A DNA stretch of 57,095 nt, filler included, from Bipalium vagum (Eukaryota), in the NCBI GenBank assembly GCA_037834085.1. It is 3 parts of 3 records of this genome, joined end to end, with 100 filler letters (N's around TTAATTAATTAA, not from the genome) between each part and the next. Parts side by side here need not be neighbours in the genome. Positions count along the whole stretch, not along the records: positions 1 to 16,633 come from JBBMKC010101322.1; positions 16,734 to 40,510 come from JBBMKC010206709.1; 1 more part is not named here. One strand, written 5' to 3'. Every line of letters starts with the position of its first letter. The stretch's first letter is position 1. Made by a program: the position numbers and the translations under genes. Shown here piece after piece: positions 14,557-27,100 of the stretch. The notes below the pieces were generated by a model, which worked only from the letters and a program-made list of their open reading frames with translations, ran no database searches and had not been told where the DNA came from.

Positions 14557-16633
14557 CTGCAAAATGTTAAAATATAACTTAATGGGCACGTACCTTGTAA
14601 GATAGAAAATATAAAATAAATAACAATCTATTGGAAGTTCATGATTAAACATAATTGAGATATCTGACTGATTATTTATAGATTTTTTACCATCTATTTC
14701 TCAGGGAAAAGATACTTCAGCAATGCACGATATTTTTAATACCAGTGAAGCTGTATAAGAACATTCTCCTCTGATTAGGATGATTTAAATGGTAGGTCGC
14801 AAAAAATGAGAATAAAAACAGAGACCAAATTTAGTTACAATGAGGAACAAGAAAATATTAGTTACAAAAAAGGTAAAACAAGTGTCAATATATCGTTTCT
14901 TTATATATATGTAATAAAATAAATAATATAATATGATTTGATTTAATTTAATTTGTAAAACTTGAATAATACTTATTATTAGTTTTGAAAAGAAAATATT
15001 ATAAAACGAGAAAGGGTTACTGAAAAATCAGTGCAGCTTATAATTTTTTTTCTTTCGAATTATTCCGAATAGAAATAGCATCATCTCCATACAATTTTTG
15101 AAGATTCGTACTTGCTGTTATGGCTTTATTTTCAAGTAGGAACTCGTACTAAATTATATAATCCTAATTTCATCGTTTTTGATTTTTAAGCAAAATTTAA
15201 ATATTGCAGGATAAAATTCTAATTTTTCAATCAATAATATTATTAACACAAATATCATTCATTACCTTGTTAATATGTTATTTATTAAGTAACGAGAGAT
15301 TTCATTTTTTTCAAAAACGGTCATCAAAAATGCGAAAACAAGATGAAATTTCATTTGCACTAACCTAATAAATCAGAAAAAATTTAAATAAAAAATTTAT
15401 CTAAAATTTCAAATAGTTTAAATAAAAATGTTAATATTTCATTCAACTTATTTTTATAATTTCCATAAAAAGTTTAAAGTAACCTGTATTTAATCTTAAT
15501 TTTAGATTTTATGATAATTATAAATCTCCATTTATTTTCCCATCTTATCACATTGCCAAGTTGTCACTTTGAATATGTTTTTCAAAAATATTTTAGAAAA
15601 ATAATATTTTTATTATTACCATAAAAGATTTAAGAAAAAAATGAAAATACCCATTTTAATTTTCAAATAAAATAATTATATGTTGATTCAAAATAAATTT
15701 TATTCCAATTAAAAATATTCATTAAGACCAAACTCTTTTTTTAATGAGAAATAAAAATATGATGGTATAACAAAATTTAATTCGTAACATTTCAATATTT
15801 TTTTAAGTCACCTAGGTGAATTTTTATAATATATATAACAGTGATAATGGACAATAGAAATTTATTAATTCATTCGACTGAATTGTAAAAAAAGACGAAA
15901 TTATGAATTTGTTTTAATGTACTCTAAAGAATTTGAGAATTCCGTCAATGTTATAGAGATTTTATTGAGAAAATTTTGATTTTCTGTCAAATAAATAACT
16001 GAAACCCTAAATTTTCCGTTAACTCACTTATTCTGGATGTTGAAGAATAATTTTACTGTCGCTGGCAAAGCATTAATTGAATTATTTTCTCTGTATTAAC
16101 CCGTATGTATTTCATCTTCAAATTATTCTGTGAAAAGATATTTTTAATTTATTTTTATTTGAATTTAATTCTCTGTGATTCGTCAAAATTATTAATTTTA
16201 TTAGTTAAACAAAGTACGCTGTGGTCCAAAAATATTTTATTTGGATTTATTTCATGATTAAAAAAATAAATAAGAATATTATTTCGTTATTCGAATTTGA
16301 ATTAGAACACTTAAAAAAATTAAAATTAATGAAAAAAAAGTCAATATATTTATTTCAGGATTTGAAAATCTTATTTTTATTTATTTACTATAATAAATAA
16401 ATGAAAATATTAAAATATATTTGTCAATATTTTCAAAATGTTCACAACTGAATGTCTGAAATAAAAAGAAAATTATGATTGATTATGAATGAAAATGTCA
16501 AAGAAAATTATAATTAAAAAAATAAATAACTTTTAAGAATTTTTAAAAAAGTATAAATAAATAAATATCTTTTTTGACATTTAATATCATAAAATTAGAA
16601 TTATATGATACTATCATTATAGTCTATAAAAAT

Positions 16634-16733
16634 NNNNNNNNNNNNNNNNNNNNNNNNNNNNNNNNNNNNNNNNNNNNTTAATTAATTAANNNNNNNNNNN
16701 NNNNNNNNNNNNNNNNNNNNNNNNNNNNNNNNN
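16634..16733. other. Assembly spacer: 44 N + TTAATTAATTAA + 44 N (probable artificial contig join)
   Basis: Exactly 100 nt with a six-frame-stop palindrome in the centre. Identical to the spacer at 40511-40610. Confidence 0.9.
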
Positions 16734-17092
16734 GCTTATTCCGTTAGTCAAGCCATACAATGGACTGCCAATTTGATTGTCCTCTTCAGTTTCCCCAACA
16801 TGAATGTGAGTTTGTTAAAATATTATTCAATTATCTATTAATTTTCACTATTAAATTATCTAATATATATTTTCTTTAACAGAAAGCCATCGGAGGATAT
16901 TCATTTTTGCCTTTCCTGGTTATTGTCATCATTTGTTGGATATTCTTTTTCCTCTACATGCCAGAAACAAGAAATCGAACCTTTGACGATGTAGCCCGTG
17001 ATCTTGCTTTTGGAACATTGGCCATTGGCAAGAAGAGAAGTCAATCCCTCAAAACCTCAGGTTACGACAAAGTGCCCTTAGAAGACCACTAA
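16734..17092 (+). CDS. GLUT/SLC2-family facilitated glucose transporter, 3' partial (exons 16734-16805 and 16883-17092)
   Basis: AYSVSQAIQWTANLIVLFSFPNMN|GTGAG...AACAG|KAIGGYSFLPFLVIVIICWIFFFLYMPETRNRTFDDVARDL carries the sugar-porter PET motif. The intron position matches the minus-strand paralogue. The 5' part is lost at the spacer. Confidence 0.9.
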
Positions 17093-17788
17093 CACCTTAA
17101 AAATTTGTAAAACTTATATAAACGATTGATAAAATTTTCATAATTTTTATGAAACTAATTTTTAATTTTGATGAATTATCAGAAAAATTAAATGCAGGTA
17201 TCAAGAATTTTTCAATTTGATTTTGGAAAATTTATATAGCTTATTATTTATATTTTTGTCTTGTATTTTTTATAAAAATATATTTATTATTTTTAATTTT
17301 GACTATTTATTTTTGAATAAATGTTATAAATAATTTATTTTAATAAATAAATAAATCTTTATGGTTCACATATTATGTTCAAATAAAAAATAAGCTGAAA
17401 TAAATAGTTTAAAAAATCGAAAATTCTTTTTATAATTTAAACAAGAGACTAAAAGAAATTTATTTTTCTAAAATTTTAAAGTTATAATTTTCATAATTTT
17501 TCCATGAAATAAGAGGCAAAAAATATTTTTACTTATTTCTTTTAAATAAATGATATACCTTAACTTGAAATATTATAATACAAAATTAATAAAAATTGCA
17601 CTCATTTTATAACAAAAGAGGAATAATAATACAAAGAAAAAAATCTTTAAGTAATAAAATAATAATAGTAATAAAAAAATAATAATAATTGATATTTAAA
17701 ATAAAAATGATTAAAATATTTTATTAAATCATTAGTACGAAAGATGAAATGTTATAAATAGTAAAATATTTAGTCTTAATTCCATATA

Positions 17789-19084
17789 CAGGGTTTTTAG
17801 TTCATTAACAAATGTTTTAAACTAAATAAGAAACGTTTAAACTTCAAAAAACAAACTTATACAGGAAATTTCATAATGCTTAGCAATTTACATGTAAAAA
17901 TTGGCAAAAGTATACAAATACCTTTTAATTACTGTTGCGCATTTTTTTAACATCTTGCAAAAAAATCCGGTACAATCATTAGTAACAATTGTTTCTAATC
18001 CGTTTGAAATTAAAATATTTTATTCGTCTACGTTCCTTGGTTCATTTATGCGAATATAATGTTTCAAACTTACTAAAAATATTGTCTATCTGATTAAACT
18101 ATGAAGTAGATGCAGGTGAAAACTGTAATTCAAGACAATTTGCTCAGATTAAATCTTTTATTTTAGTATTCTTGCGAAAAGGTACATTATCCATTACCAA
18201 CGTGCACATTGCCAATTTACAATTTTATGATATCTATGACATGAGATTTTCAATATATGCATGAAAGAAAGTTGAATTAAATGCATAATTTTGTTGCTCG
18301 TAGAATATATCCACATGCCTATATATTAAGCAACAAACGCTTATGTTCCCTGGTCGTAGGGCAGATAGACGCTTTACCGGTATTTTGCTTTTAAAGCTCT
18401 GTCGTGGTTCGATCGCATACTGACGTTAAATGGCAAAATAAAGAAGATGTTATCGTGAGTAAATCTTGAAATTCAGTACCTTATGTAATTCTTTGTTGGA
18501 TCAATTCTGGTAAAACGCGTTTACCTTTATTTTTTTAAAGAATAATGGAAGTCATTCAGACAGTTATGAATAGTTGTTTCTGATAAAATATCCTTGACTT
18601 TTTCCATTATCATGGTTTTTAAAATTTTCAGAGTACTATCAAATTTTTTTTCATCAGAAATAAATGTTTTTATATAAGTAACTTTTATTTCCATCCGGAA
18701 ATAAAGTTTTTTAAATGAAAATAATATTATTAATATATTAAAATAAAGTAATATGTTAGTTAAACTATTAACCTTGATCTCAATCCCAATCAACAGATTA
18801 ATTATTTTCTCAATTTTATGAATCCTTTTGTAGATAAAATAAATGAGCGCAGATCAAAGAAAACATACAAAACACTGTGCTTTTCTGTTTTTTCGTACTT
18901 TATTTTATTAAGATGGCATCAATAATTATTGGATAATGGAAAAACAGAAATCAGTAAAATTAAATTACAAAAAAAGGTTTATAATTGAACATGAGAAACT
19001 TTGATAATAATGACAGAGGTTAGAGATTTAGAGATCATTAGATAAATATATAGATATAAAATCGAATTTATGCATCTTAATCTG
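17789..19084 (-). mobile_element. Degenerate Tc1/IS630-like (DD34E) element
   Basis: TA|CAGGG end at 17789. VMDNVPF motif near 18180-18200 and an HTH-like segment (LSETTIHNCLNDFHYSLKK) in ORF 18527-18793. The far boundary is approximate. Confidence 0.7.
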
Positions 19085-19412
19085 TAATAATAATAACATC
19101 ATAATATAAATATCAAAATATCTTATATGGAACATTAGTTCGTAAGCTTTTAAATGGATCATTAAATATTCAAATTAATGGCTTCTTGGTGGCTAAAATT
19201 AGCTTTAAAAGACAAATATGAAAAAGTCTTTTTATATTGAGCAACCTAATACAACTTGGGTAAAACATAAGGGGTACAAATAAATAATATGGATTTATTT
19301 AAAATAGATTTGTGAAATATCGAAATATAATTGTGATTTGAAATATAAATCAACTTGTTCGGATAATATTAATTAATAGGTTAATCATTTAAATTTTCAT
19401 AATATGTAACTA

Positions 19413-19934
19413 TTAGGTGTACAAGTTGAAAGTGACGTTTTCATAAATGATAATGTCATTTATTAAGATAAGATGTTTTAGTAATCATATATATTTGTTT
19501 TACAAAATTTATTGGATGAAGATGCCTGTCAATCGCAAAATCAACTTGCTATAAGATTAGGTGTTACCCAGCAAGCAAAAATAGCGCGCCTAAATGATAT
19601 GGATAAAATTTCAAAGAAAAGACAATTGGAGCCTCATCAATTAAAGTCTTTCTTCCATTGACTATAGACAAGAGATTAAAAGGCGATCTATTTTGAAAAT
19701 CTCAAACGTATGAGATCATTGGTTAGCCCAGGTCAACCATCAGAACAAACTACAAGACCAGACTGCTTTGATAAGGAAACATCTCTCTGTGTCTGGTGGG
19801 ATCAGCCATGCGAGGTGTACCATGAGCTTCTCAAAGCAGGTGAAAGTGTTAATTCGGAGAGATACAATAAACAAGTAGCCCAGCTGAATCAGTCTTTAAT
19901 AGTTAAATATCCAGAATTTTGTTGCTTTGACTGA
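19413..19934 (+). mobile_element. Internally deleted mariner fragment
   Basis: TIR-like TA|TTAGGTGTACAAG. ORF 19710-19934 contains LCVWWDQ...YHELLKAGESVNSERY. Confidence 0.8.
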
Positions 19935-20605
19935 TAATCAGCTCTAACCTTTAGGATAAGATGAATTTCTATTAGAAGAGTTCTTAAATCTGACAAGCAG
20001 TAAAATATCACTTGAGCAAATTGAGGTATTACTGGACATTTCGATTTTTTTAATTTTTTCTACGAAAGGTGGTTGGCTTTTTGATTTTCTACGATAAGGA
20101 TTGTGCTCGTCCCATATGGAGTTTGTGAGACTGGCATGTACTGGAAAGATTCGGATAGTTTAACAAGCTTATAGTAATTTTTCTTTGTATAAATAACTGA
20201 AAAGATTCAACAATCATATTTCATTATATATTACTTTATTTTAATTTTCGTGATGTCAAGATGTTTGAGATGTTTTGTTATTTTCGAACATGTTTTAAAC
20301 TTTATTTTGAATAAGTTACTGTGCTGCGGTTAAATAAAAATTTTCGACTTGCAAATTATTTCTTTTTGGTAAGTGTTGATTATTAATGAACGCAACTGGA
20401 TGATTTTAAGTTGGATCCTTCTTTGAACCAGGTTAATATAAATATTAACATATTATTTGGTGACATGCCAGACATAATTCGTATTAATTTAGGGATGTTT
20501 GGAAAATTTGTGAGACGACGTTGATTTGAGTAGTCAGTTTCATGTTTTGAGTAATTTGAATTTCCTGTGAAAAGTGGTGAGCCTGAGGAATTTACTGAGT
20601 TTATA

Positions 20606-20847
20606 TCAGGTCAGTCCATAAGTTCGTGCGTATTAATAACTATTATGTAAATATAAAAATAAAAAGCAAATGAAATCGATATGAAACATTTATTCATGGA
20701 AATATATATATAATATATAATTACCATCGTTTTCTATAATCTTTTTCCACCTGTCAGGAAGTTTTTTAAAACCATCTGCTTAAAATAACAAAGGTTTGAA
20801 GAATCAAAGATATAATGCAATACGCACGAATTTATGGACTGGCCTGA
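20606..20847 (-). mobile_element. Mariner-derived MITE / deletion derivative (about 242 bp)
   Basis: Near-perfect TIRs TCAGGTCAGTCCATAAGTTCGTGCGTATT / AATACGCACGAATTTATGGACTGGCCTGA, flanked by TA. The interior keeps the transposase C-terminus (DGFKKLPDRWKKIIENDGNY). Confidence 0.85.
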
Positions 20848-21239
20848 TATTTTAATACTTTAAAATTCTAAAATTGATTCATTTATAAGATTAAAAATTC
20901 GAATATTAAATATTGGTGACTGATATCGATCTTTAAAATGTTCTAAACGAATTTCCTAAAAAATACAAATGTTTATAAAATATTTAATGTAAAGAAATTT
21001 TTGAAAATTATTGAAATGTGTCATTGTTAAAATAAAAAATTAGAATTAATGATAAAATATTATAGTTGAACTTCGATAATCACTGCAGGATTTTGTCAAG
21101 GTTAATATAATATTTCATATGGTATAAATTTTTTTAGAATCCAGACTTACTGAGTGATTTTTTTATTAGTGGAGCGTTTTATGGGAGAGCACAGACCTTA
21201 ATAGCGAAAATTATCATTAAATTTAAAAGTATATGTACT

Positions 21240-21974
21240 ATACTATAACAATAAAACTTGCTCAGAGCTTGAAAAATGTTAGAATTTATTGATGAAACTA
21301 TTCGATTGCAGCTTCACCAGATGGGAAAGACTTGAAAGTTAAGTCAAGAGGTCCAATATGAATTGTCAAACGATAAGAAATCACAAATAAGACTTAGCAT
21401 TTGTTCTGTAACTTTATCCGGTAATGAAAATTTTTTTCTGCACAGTTTTTTATCTTGCGACGAAAAGTGAAATATATACTCCAATTCTTAGAGTTCATGT
21501 CATTGATTATCACCAAATGATCCAATGTATTACACTCCAAAAGCTTCATTACATCCAAAAAGGGTTTTTTGTATGTTCTGTAAACAAAAGCTGGTATCAT
21601 CCATTGAGTTTTTGAAATCTGGTCAAATCATAACCTCGGAATTAGTCTTTGATCAATGGAAAGAAATTGATATAGAAAAATACCAGGACACATACTGCAA
21701 AATTATCCAGTGTAAAAACTTTCGAACTTGCATAGATAGAATTGCCTATTGATTACCACTTAATTTTGGTTTATTCATCTCAATTCGAGTTGAGATAATA
21801 AATGGAGTTGGTCAATTTTTTGTTACAACCTGGTGACCAAGTTGCAAAAAGTCATTGATAGTGGTGGCAATTACTTAATAAATAAGTTACTGTTTTATTT
21901 CATTCTTAGTGGAATTGCTTTCTATTTCCTCATTCTAAATTTTTTTATAAAATTCAGTTTGATAATCAACCTAA
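21240..21974 (+). mobile_element. Degenerate mariner fragment
   Basis: ETIRLQLHQMGK, EFLKSGQIITSE and a WQKVIDSGGNY-like C-terminus. Right TIR-like end ...CAACCTAA near 21974. Confidence 0.65.
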
Positions 21975-24114
21975 TGTTTATATTATGTTTATGTTTAAAA
22001 TAGTATAAATAGGCAGCTAAAAATTATAATTTCAAAAACTTAGAATTAGTTTATGATAACTAATAATGAAAAAAAGTATTAAAATCTTAGTTCAAAAAAA
22101 TTAAAACTTAGATTAACTATTGAAAGAACTGAGTTTATCATAACTCTTGGTAATATAATAAAGTGAAAATGAATTATAAAGTTCACAAATTTTAAATAAT
22201 ATTATTACGCAGAACGTGAATATAATTTCCATTTCTGCTTTTACTTAATTATATTTCTCAGATTTTTGTTTTTGTTTCCGACATTTACAATCCTTTGAAT
22301 AATAGATATTTTTACTTCAGGACGTCTTCATTCTTCCTAGTACAGATAGAGTTCTTTAAGTTAATGAGATGCTATTTCGATCACAAACGTTTTATTTTTA
22401 AAAACCAAAAGAATGTAAATTTTAATTAAAAAAATAATTTAAAACTTTATTGTTTTAATTTTATTGGAGGAAACATCTTTGATTGGTCTACTACTTTCAC
22501 AACACTAGAAATAAGCTAAAAAATTATTCCATCATATACAATACCCAACATGTCTGTAGATCTGTAAATGTTTATATTAATTTATGGTCCATTTCTACAG
22601 ACGCTTCTATTTTAGATTTACACTCTTGTTAAGCCAAATCAAATATTAATTTTACTTTTAAAGTTAATTATTTTAAAGCTGTTTCTAGTTTTCTCTTGAA
22701 ATTAGATTTTGAATATAATCTTTTTAAATAAATAATATAATTTATTATCAATATTTGACCCAAGGTCAGTGAAATTGTGCAAGGGATTTATATTAAAGGA
22801 ACTTAAACATGCAAGATTTAATTCACTAGAATATTGATAGGCCGCCAATTTTAAATAAAAAATTAAAGATATTTTTTAACAAATTTATTTTAATTTATAC
22901 TTTTATTTCTTTTAGTACTACTCTTCGTACTGTTTTAATACATTTACTCGTACTTTTAATATTTTTTATATTATTCATTTCTGTACTATCAATACTTTTA
23001 TGTCAAAGTTTTGGAATATTTTTCATACTCTTCTGGTAAAACTCAGAGGCATAAATAAGGGTTAAACGAATCTTCTATTGGAATGGGATCGACTTAGATT
23101 CAGAGATCTGTGTGTTCTATTCAATATTCCATGAGAGATATGAATCCGAAGGCGGCAGAAGAAAAATAATAGACATGTTGATGAAATGATATTTGTTTAC
23201 TGACTATACATTGTCATAAACATTGAATGCCTCTTCCTGTCAGATTTCCAAAAAATTTAAAAAACAATGACAGAAACAAACTAAGTCAACAGCTTTCTAT
23301 CTGATGCAAATACAATAACCCAAGACATCAGTCATGGGCTAGATTTTAGTATGAATATTTGACCTCACTGACATTTAAATATTCAATAAAAATGTTTTGA
23401 GTCATTTGAGTCATGTTTTCACGGAAAGATATCACGTATATTTTGCATCCACACGAAGAACGAAACAATTTTGACATCAGGAATAAGTTCTGAAGTAAAA
23501 TTTTTGCATCTTAAAAACACATTAAAACTATCTATGACAAATTAAAAACTGAGAAATAGGCTTAGTGATACTAAATTAGGAATTCAAAAGGAAATAAATA
23601 GATAACATTGAAAAACAATAACATATGCTTTCATAATTAACAACCACCTGCTTTCTACCCTCGGATACGACTTGTCCAGTCTAAGATTCAACATTCTAGG
23701 ACTCTCTATAGGCTTCATTAAAGGAAAACCGAGGTGAGCATTTAATTTTGGTGGAAAAACTATGGGATAGTAGATATTTTTGCTTGTAATTGACAAAGTT
23801 GTGATATATGTGATTATGTAATTTGTTTAGTGAATTTACAAAATCATATTTGCAATTTAATAAACACCTCGTGGCACACATTCAAATAACATCTTTTAAC
23901 ATAGTAAAATTTCGCTTTTGGAAAGGAAATGATTGTAACTTTTGTTTTTCTTACATTTAAAAAAGGTTAAATTTGTGAGTGACATACATAACACCATATT
24001 TATTTTATCATAAAACTTTACATTCATAATGATTATATTTATAAAATAATTATTTAAAGTTTTTGATATAATAAAAATAACTGTTCATTACATAATTGAA
24101 AGTGTTGAGAAGGA

Positions 24115-27100
24115 TCACAAATCGACATCGATCAATTTGTCTCTAATTATCGGAGATTTTTCGTCTACTGATATATTTGAGGATCGGGTTTCTTTTGATG
24201 ACCCAAAAGCAAGGTCTCGGGCTATATTATCAAATGTTCGATTTTTTGTTTCTGGCATATAGAAGTAAAAGAACACCCAGCATATTATGACAAAAACAAA
24301 ATATATCAAAAATGAATATCCTCCAATGGCTTTCTGTAAAAGAGAAATCAATTTCATTAGTTATTATTTATATTTAATTATCATTTTATTGAAGTGATTT
24401 TGGACTGTCATGGTGATTCAAAGCCTTAGAAAAATATCTTTAAATTATTTGATTAAATCATCACGTTTGAACATCAGAAAATAAATATCTGAAGATTTTT
24501 GATTATCGCAAAATATTAGTTTCATTTTTTGAAATGTCTTGGACTGGTAAAAGATACAATTTACTTTCTTTTTTAAAGTGTTTGTGTTTTTGGTAATCTA
24601 GAGGTATTAGAAGACTAAAACTAAATCTTTTTTGCGGAATTAAAATTTCTTTATATCAAGTGTGATATATATTATAAAGTTTTTTTGCTTTTCAGATGAG
24701 TAATGATATAAGAAATTAGAAATTTAGAAATTAAATTTTATTAATCTAATAAAAGGAACCTGAGTCACTTCAAAAACATACCTGGCTAAATTACTTTGAC
24801 TAAATATTATTTCCTATTATAAAAGAAACGAAATAAAATTAAAAAAGACAGTTAGATATAGTGTAGTTTTACTATCCTTTTGGGATGTGCAGACAGTTGA
24901 TTTTGTAAAAAATTTTTAGAAGTTAAAGTAAAAATCATAATTTCGCATAAATGATGCCTTTTTGATTTATACTTTGCTAATTAAACCTTTTTGGAAAATA
25001 TAATTATAGAGATATTTGAAAACTATTAACTAAATATTTTTGAAAGATAATTAACATAAAGGTCCATTAGTAGTTCGGTCACACAAATTACTTAATTTTA
25101 TTAGTACTATTATGTGTGGGCATAAGTTTGAAACCATTTTTTCATCGTTCTTTTACTAATCCAAATATTATCAAATAACTGCTCTGAAATTTTACATTGG
25201 CAATCAATATATTAAAATTTATAAATATATTAATTTTATACATTATACATTAATTTTATTTTTTATATATATAAATTTAAAAACCAAAATATCAGTCTTC
25301 AAAATGAGTGATGAAAAATTGTACATTCGGTGTTGCATAAGATATGAATTTGATCAAGGCAAAAATTCATCCTAGGCATTTAAACCAATATGTTCCGTTC
25401 TTAGTAATAATGCCGTTTCCTGCAGTACATATAAATACTGGTATCGTCTATTCAAAGATTCATTTTGATGTTACCGATCGACCACGTAGTGGTGCTCCAC
25501 AGATATTGGAAGAGCTAAAGAATGAAAATAGAGTCCAGGCGCAAATTTATGTCTACACCTAATGCACATCATTTGTGATTAAAAGTTATTACATAATATA
25601 TTATTTATGAATTAATGTACCGGGTGTTCAAGTTAAAAGTTCATAAATAGAAGATTGATCAAACTTCCTACAGGTAATGAATTCATGAAAATTTTACATT
25701 TTCATAAAGATCAAAAATGCGGATTTATTTTTTTAACTAAGTTGAATTACAAGATATGTTGTATTTTATCAAAATAGTTACAAATATGATATGTACATAA
25801 ATCATATTTTTATTCGAAGTATCCACCCTTATTTTCTAAGCATGCTTTCAACCTATGAGTGAAATTTTTCAGGACTTGTTGAAGGTTAATTTTTGTCACA
25901 ATCTGTACAGCTTGGATGATATTTTCCTTCAGTATTTCACGACTATTAGGGCGATTGCCGCCTGCATACATTTTTTCTTTCAAGAATGACCATAACCAGA
26001 AATCCAGGGGTGTTAGATAAGGGCTTTGGGCAGGCCATTCGTTAAGAAATCCTCTTGAAATTATTTTTCCAGAACCGAAAGTGTTTTCCAAGAATACTCT
26101 TGCTTGTTTGGCAATATGGGGAGCAGCACCATCTTGTTGGAAAATTAAACGGTTAAATCTCGGCATTGATTTGAGACTCGGAATAAGATAGTGAATAAGC
26201 ATATCCAAATATCGTTCCGAATTTATAGTCTAACTATTGCCATTATCCTCAAATAAATATGGTCCAATAAGAAAGGAAGAAGATATCGAAATGAATACAT
26301 TGACCTTTGCAGAGAATGTTGAGTATTCAACCAAATTATTGGGCCTTTGCGTCCCCCAAAATCGAAGATTTTGTCTGTTCACCCAATCATTGAGATTGAA
26401 TGAGCATTCATCACTCCATACAATTCGGGATAAAAATGTATCATCCTTGGATTTGCCATATGTTTTTCTGAGAGACTGCCCGATTGTGACTTTATAGGGA
26501 AATAATTTCAATTCATGTCTGAGATACGTGTGAACTAATCCAATAGAGGAACCTGAAGCAGAACTCAGTTTCCTTATGCTCGTAGATGTTCCTCTGCTTT
26601 CATCTGGTGTAAAACAGTATCAATATCCTTTTGTTTCTCTTCTGAAGCTCTAGGAGATCGTACATTGTGATCTTTATTAATGCAACAAGTTTGCTGGAAT
26701 TTAAAAATAATTTTTCTTATTTGCTGTACTGAAGGCGTGTCAATCTTTTGTTTTATTTCTTTTTCAGTTGAAAATTTTCTCTGAGTTTCAGCGAAACTCT
26801 CAGTTTTAAAAAATAGCTCTACCAGCCTAATTTTACCCGATTTTGATAATATGTAAGGCATATCTAAAAATAAAATATAATTTTAAACAAATAAATTTAT
26901 TTATTGTCATTATTTGTGCATTTAAACAACATAAGTTTATATATAAAGCAGGATTTACTAAATCCGTAATAAAGGTTATTCTATCAAATAAATTTATTTT
27001 CAATAAAACTTTACAGCATAAAAAATATTACGCTTTTGTTTATGAACTTTTAACTTGAACACCCCGTATAATTATTAATTGTCTAACATATCTATCCAAA

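Noticed and set aside
23060-23075. AGGG|TTAA resembling a piggyBac end (similar words at about 35352 and 55857)
   Set aside because: No matching partner TIR or transposase remnant was identified.
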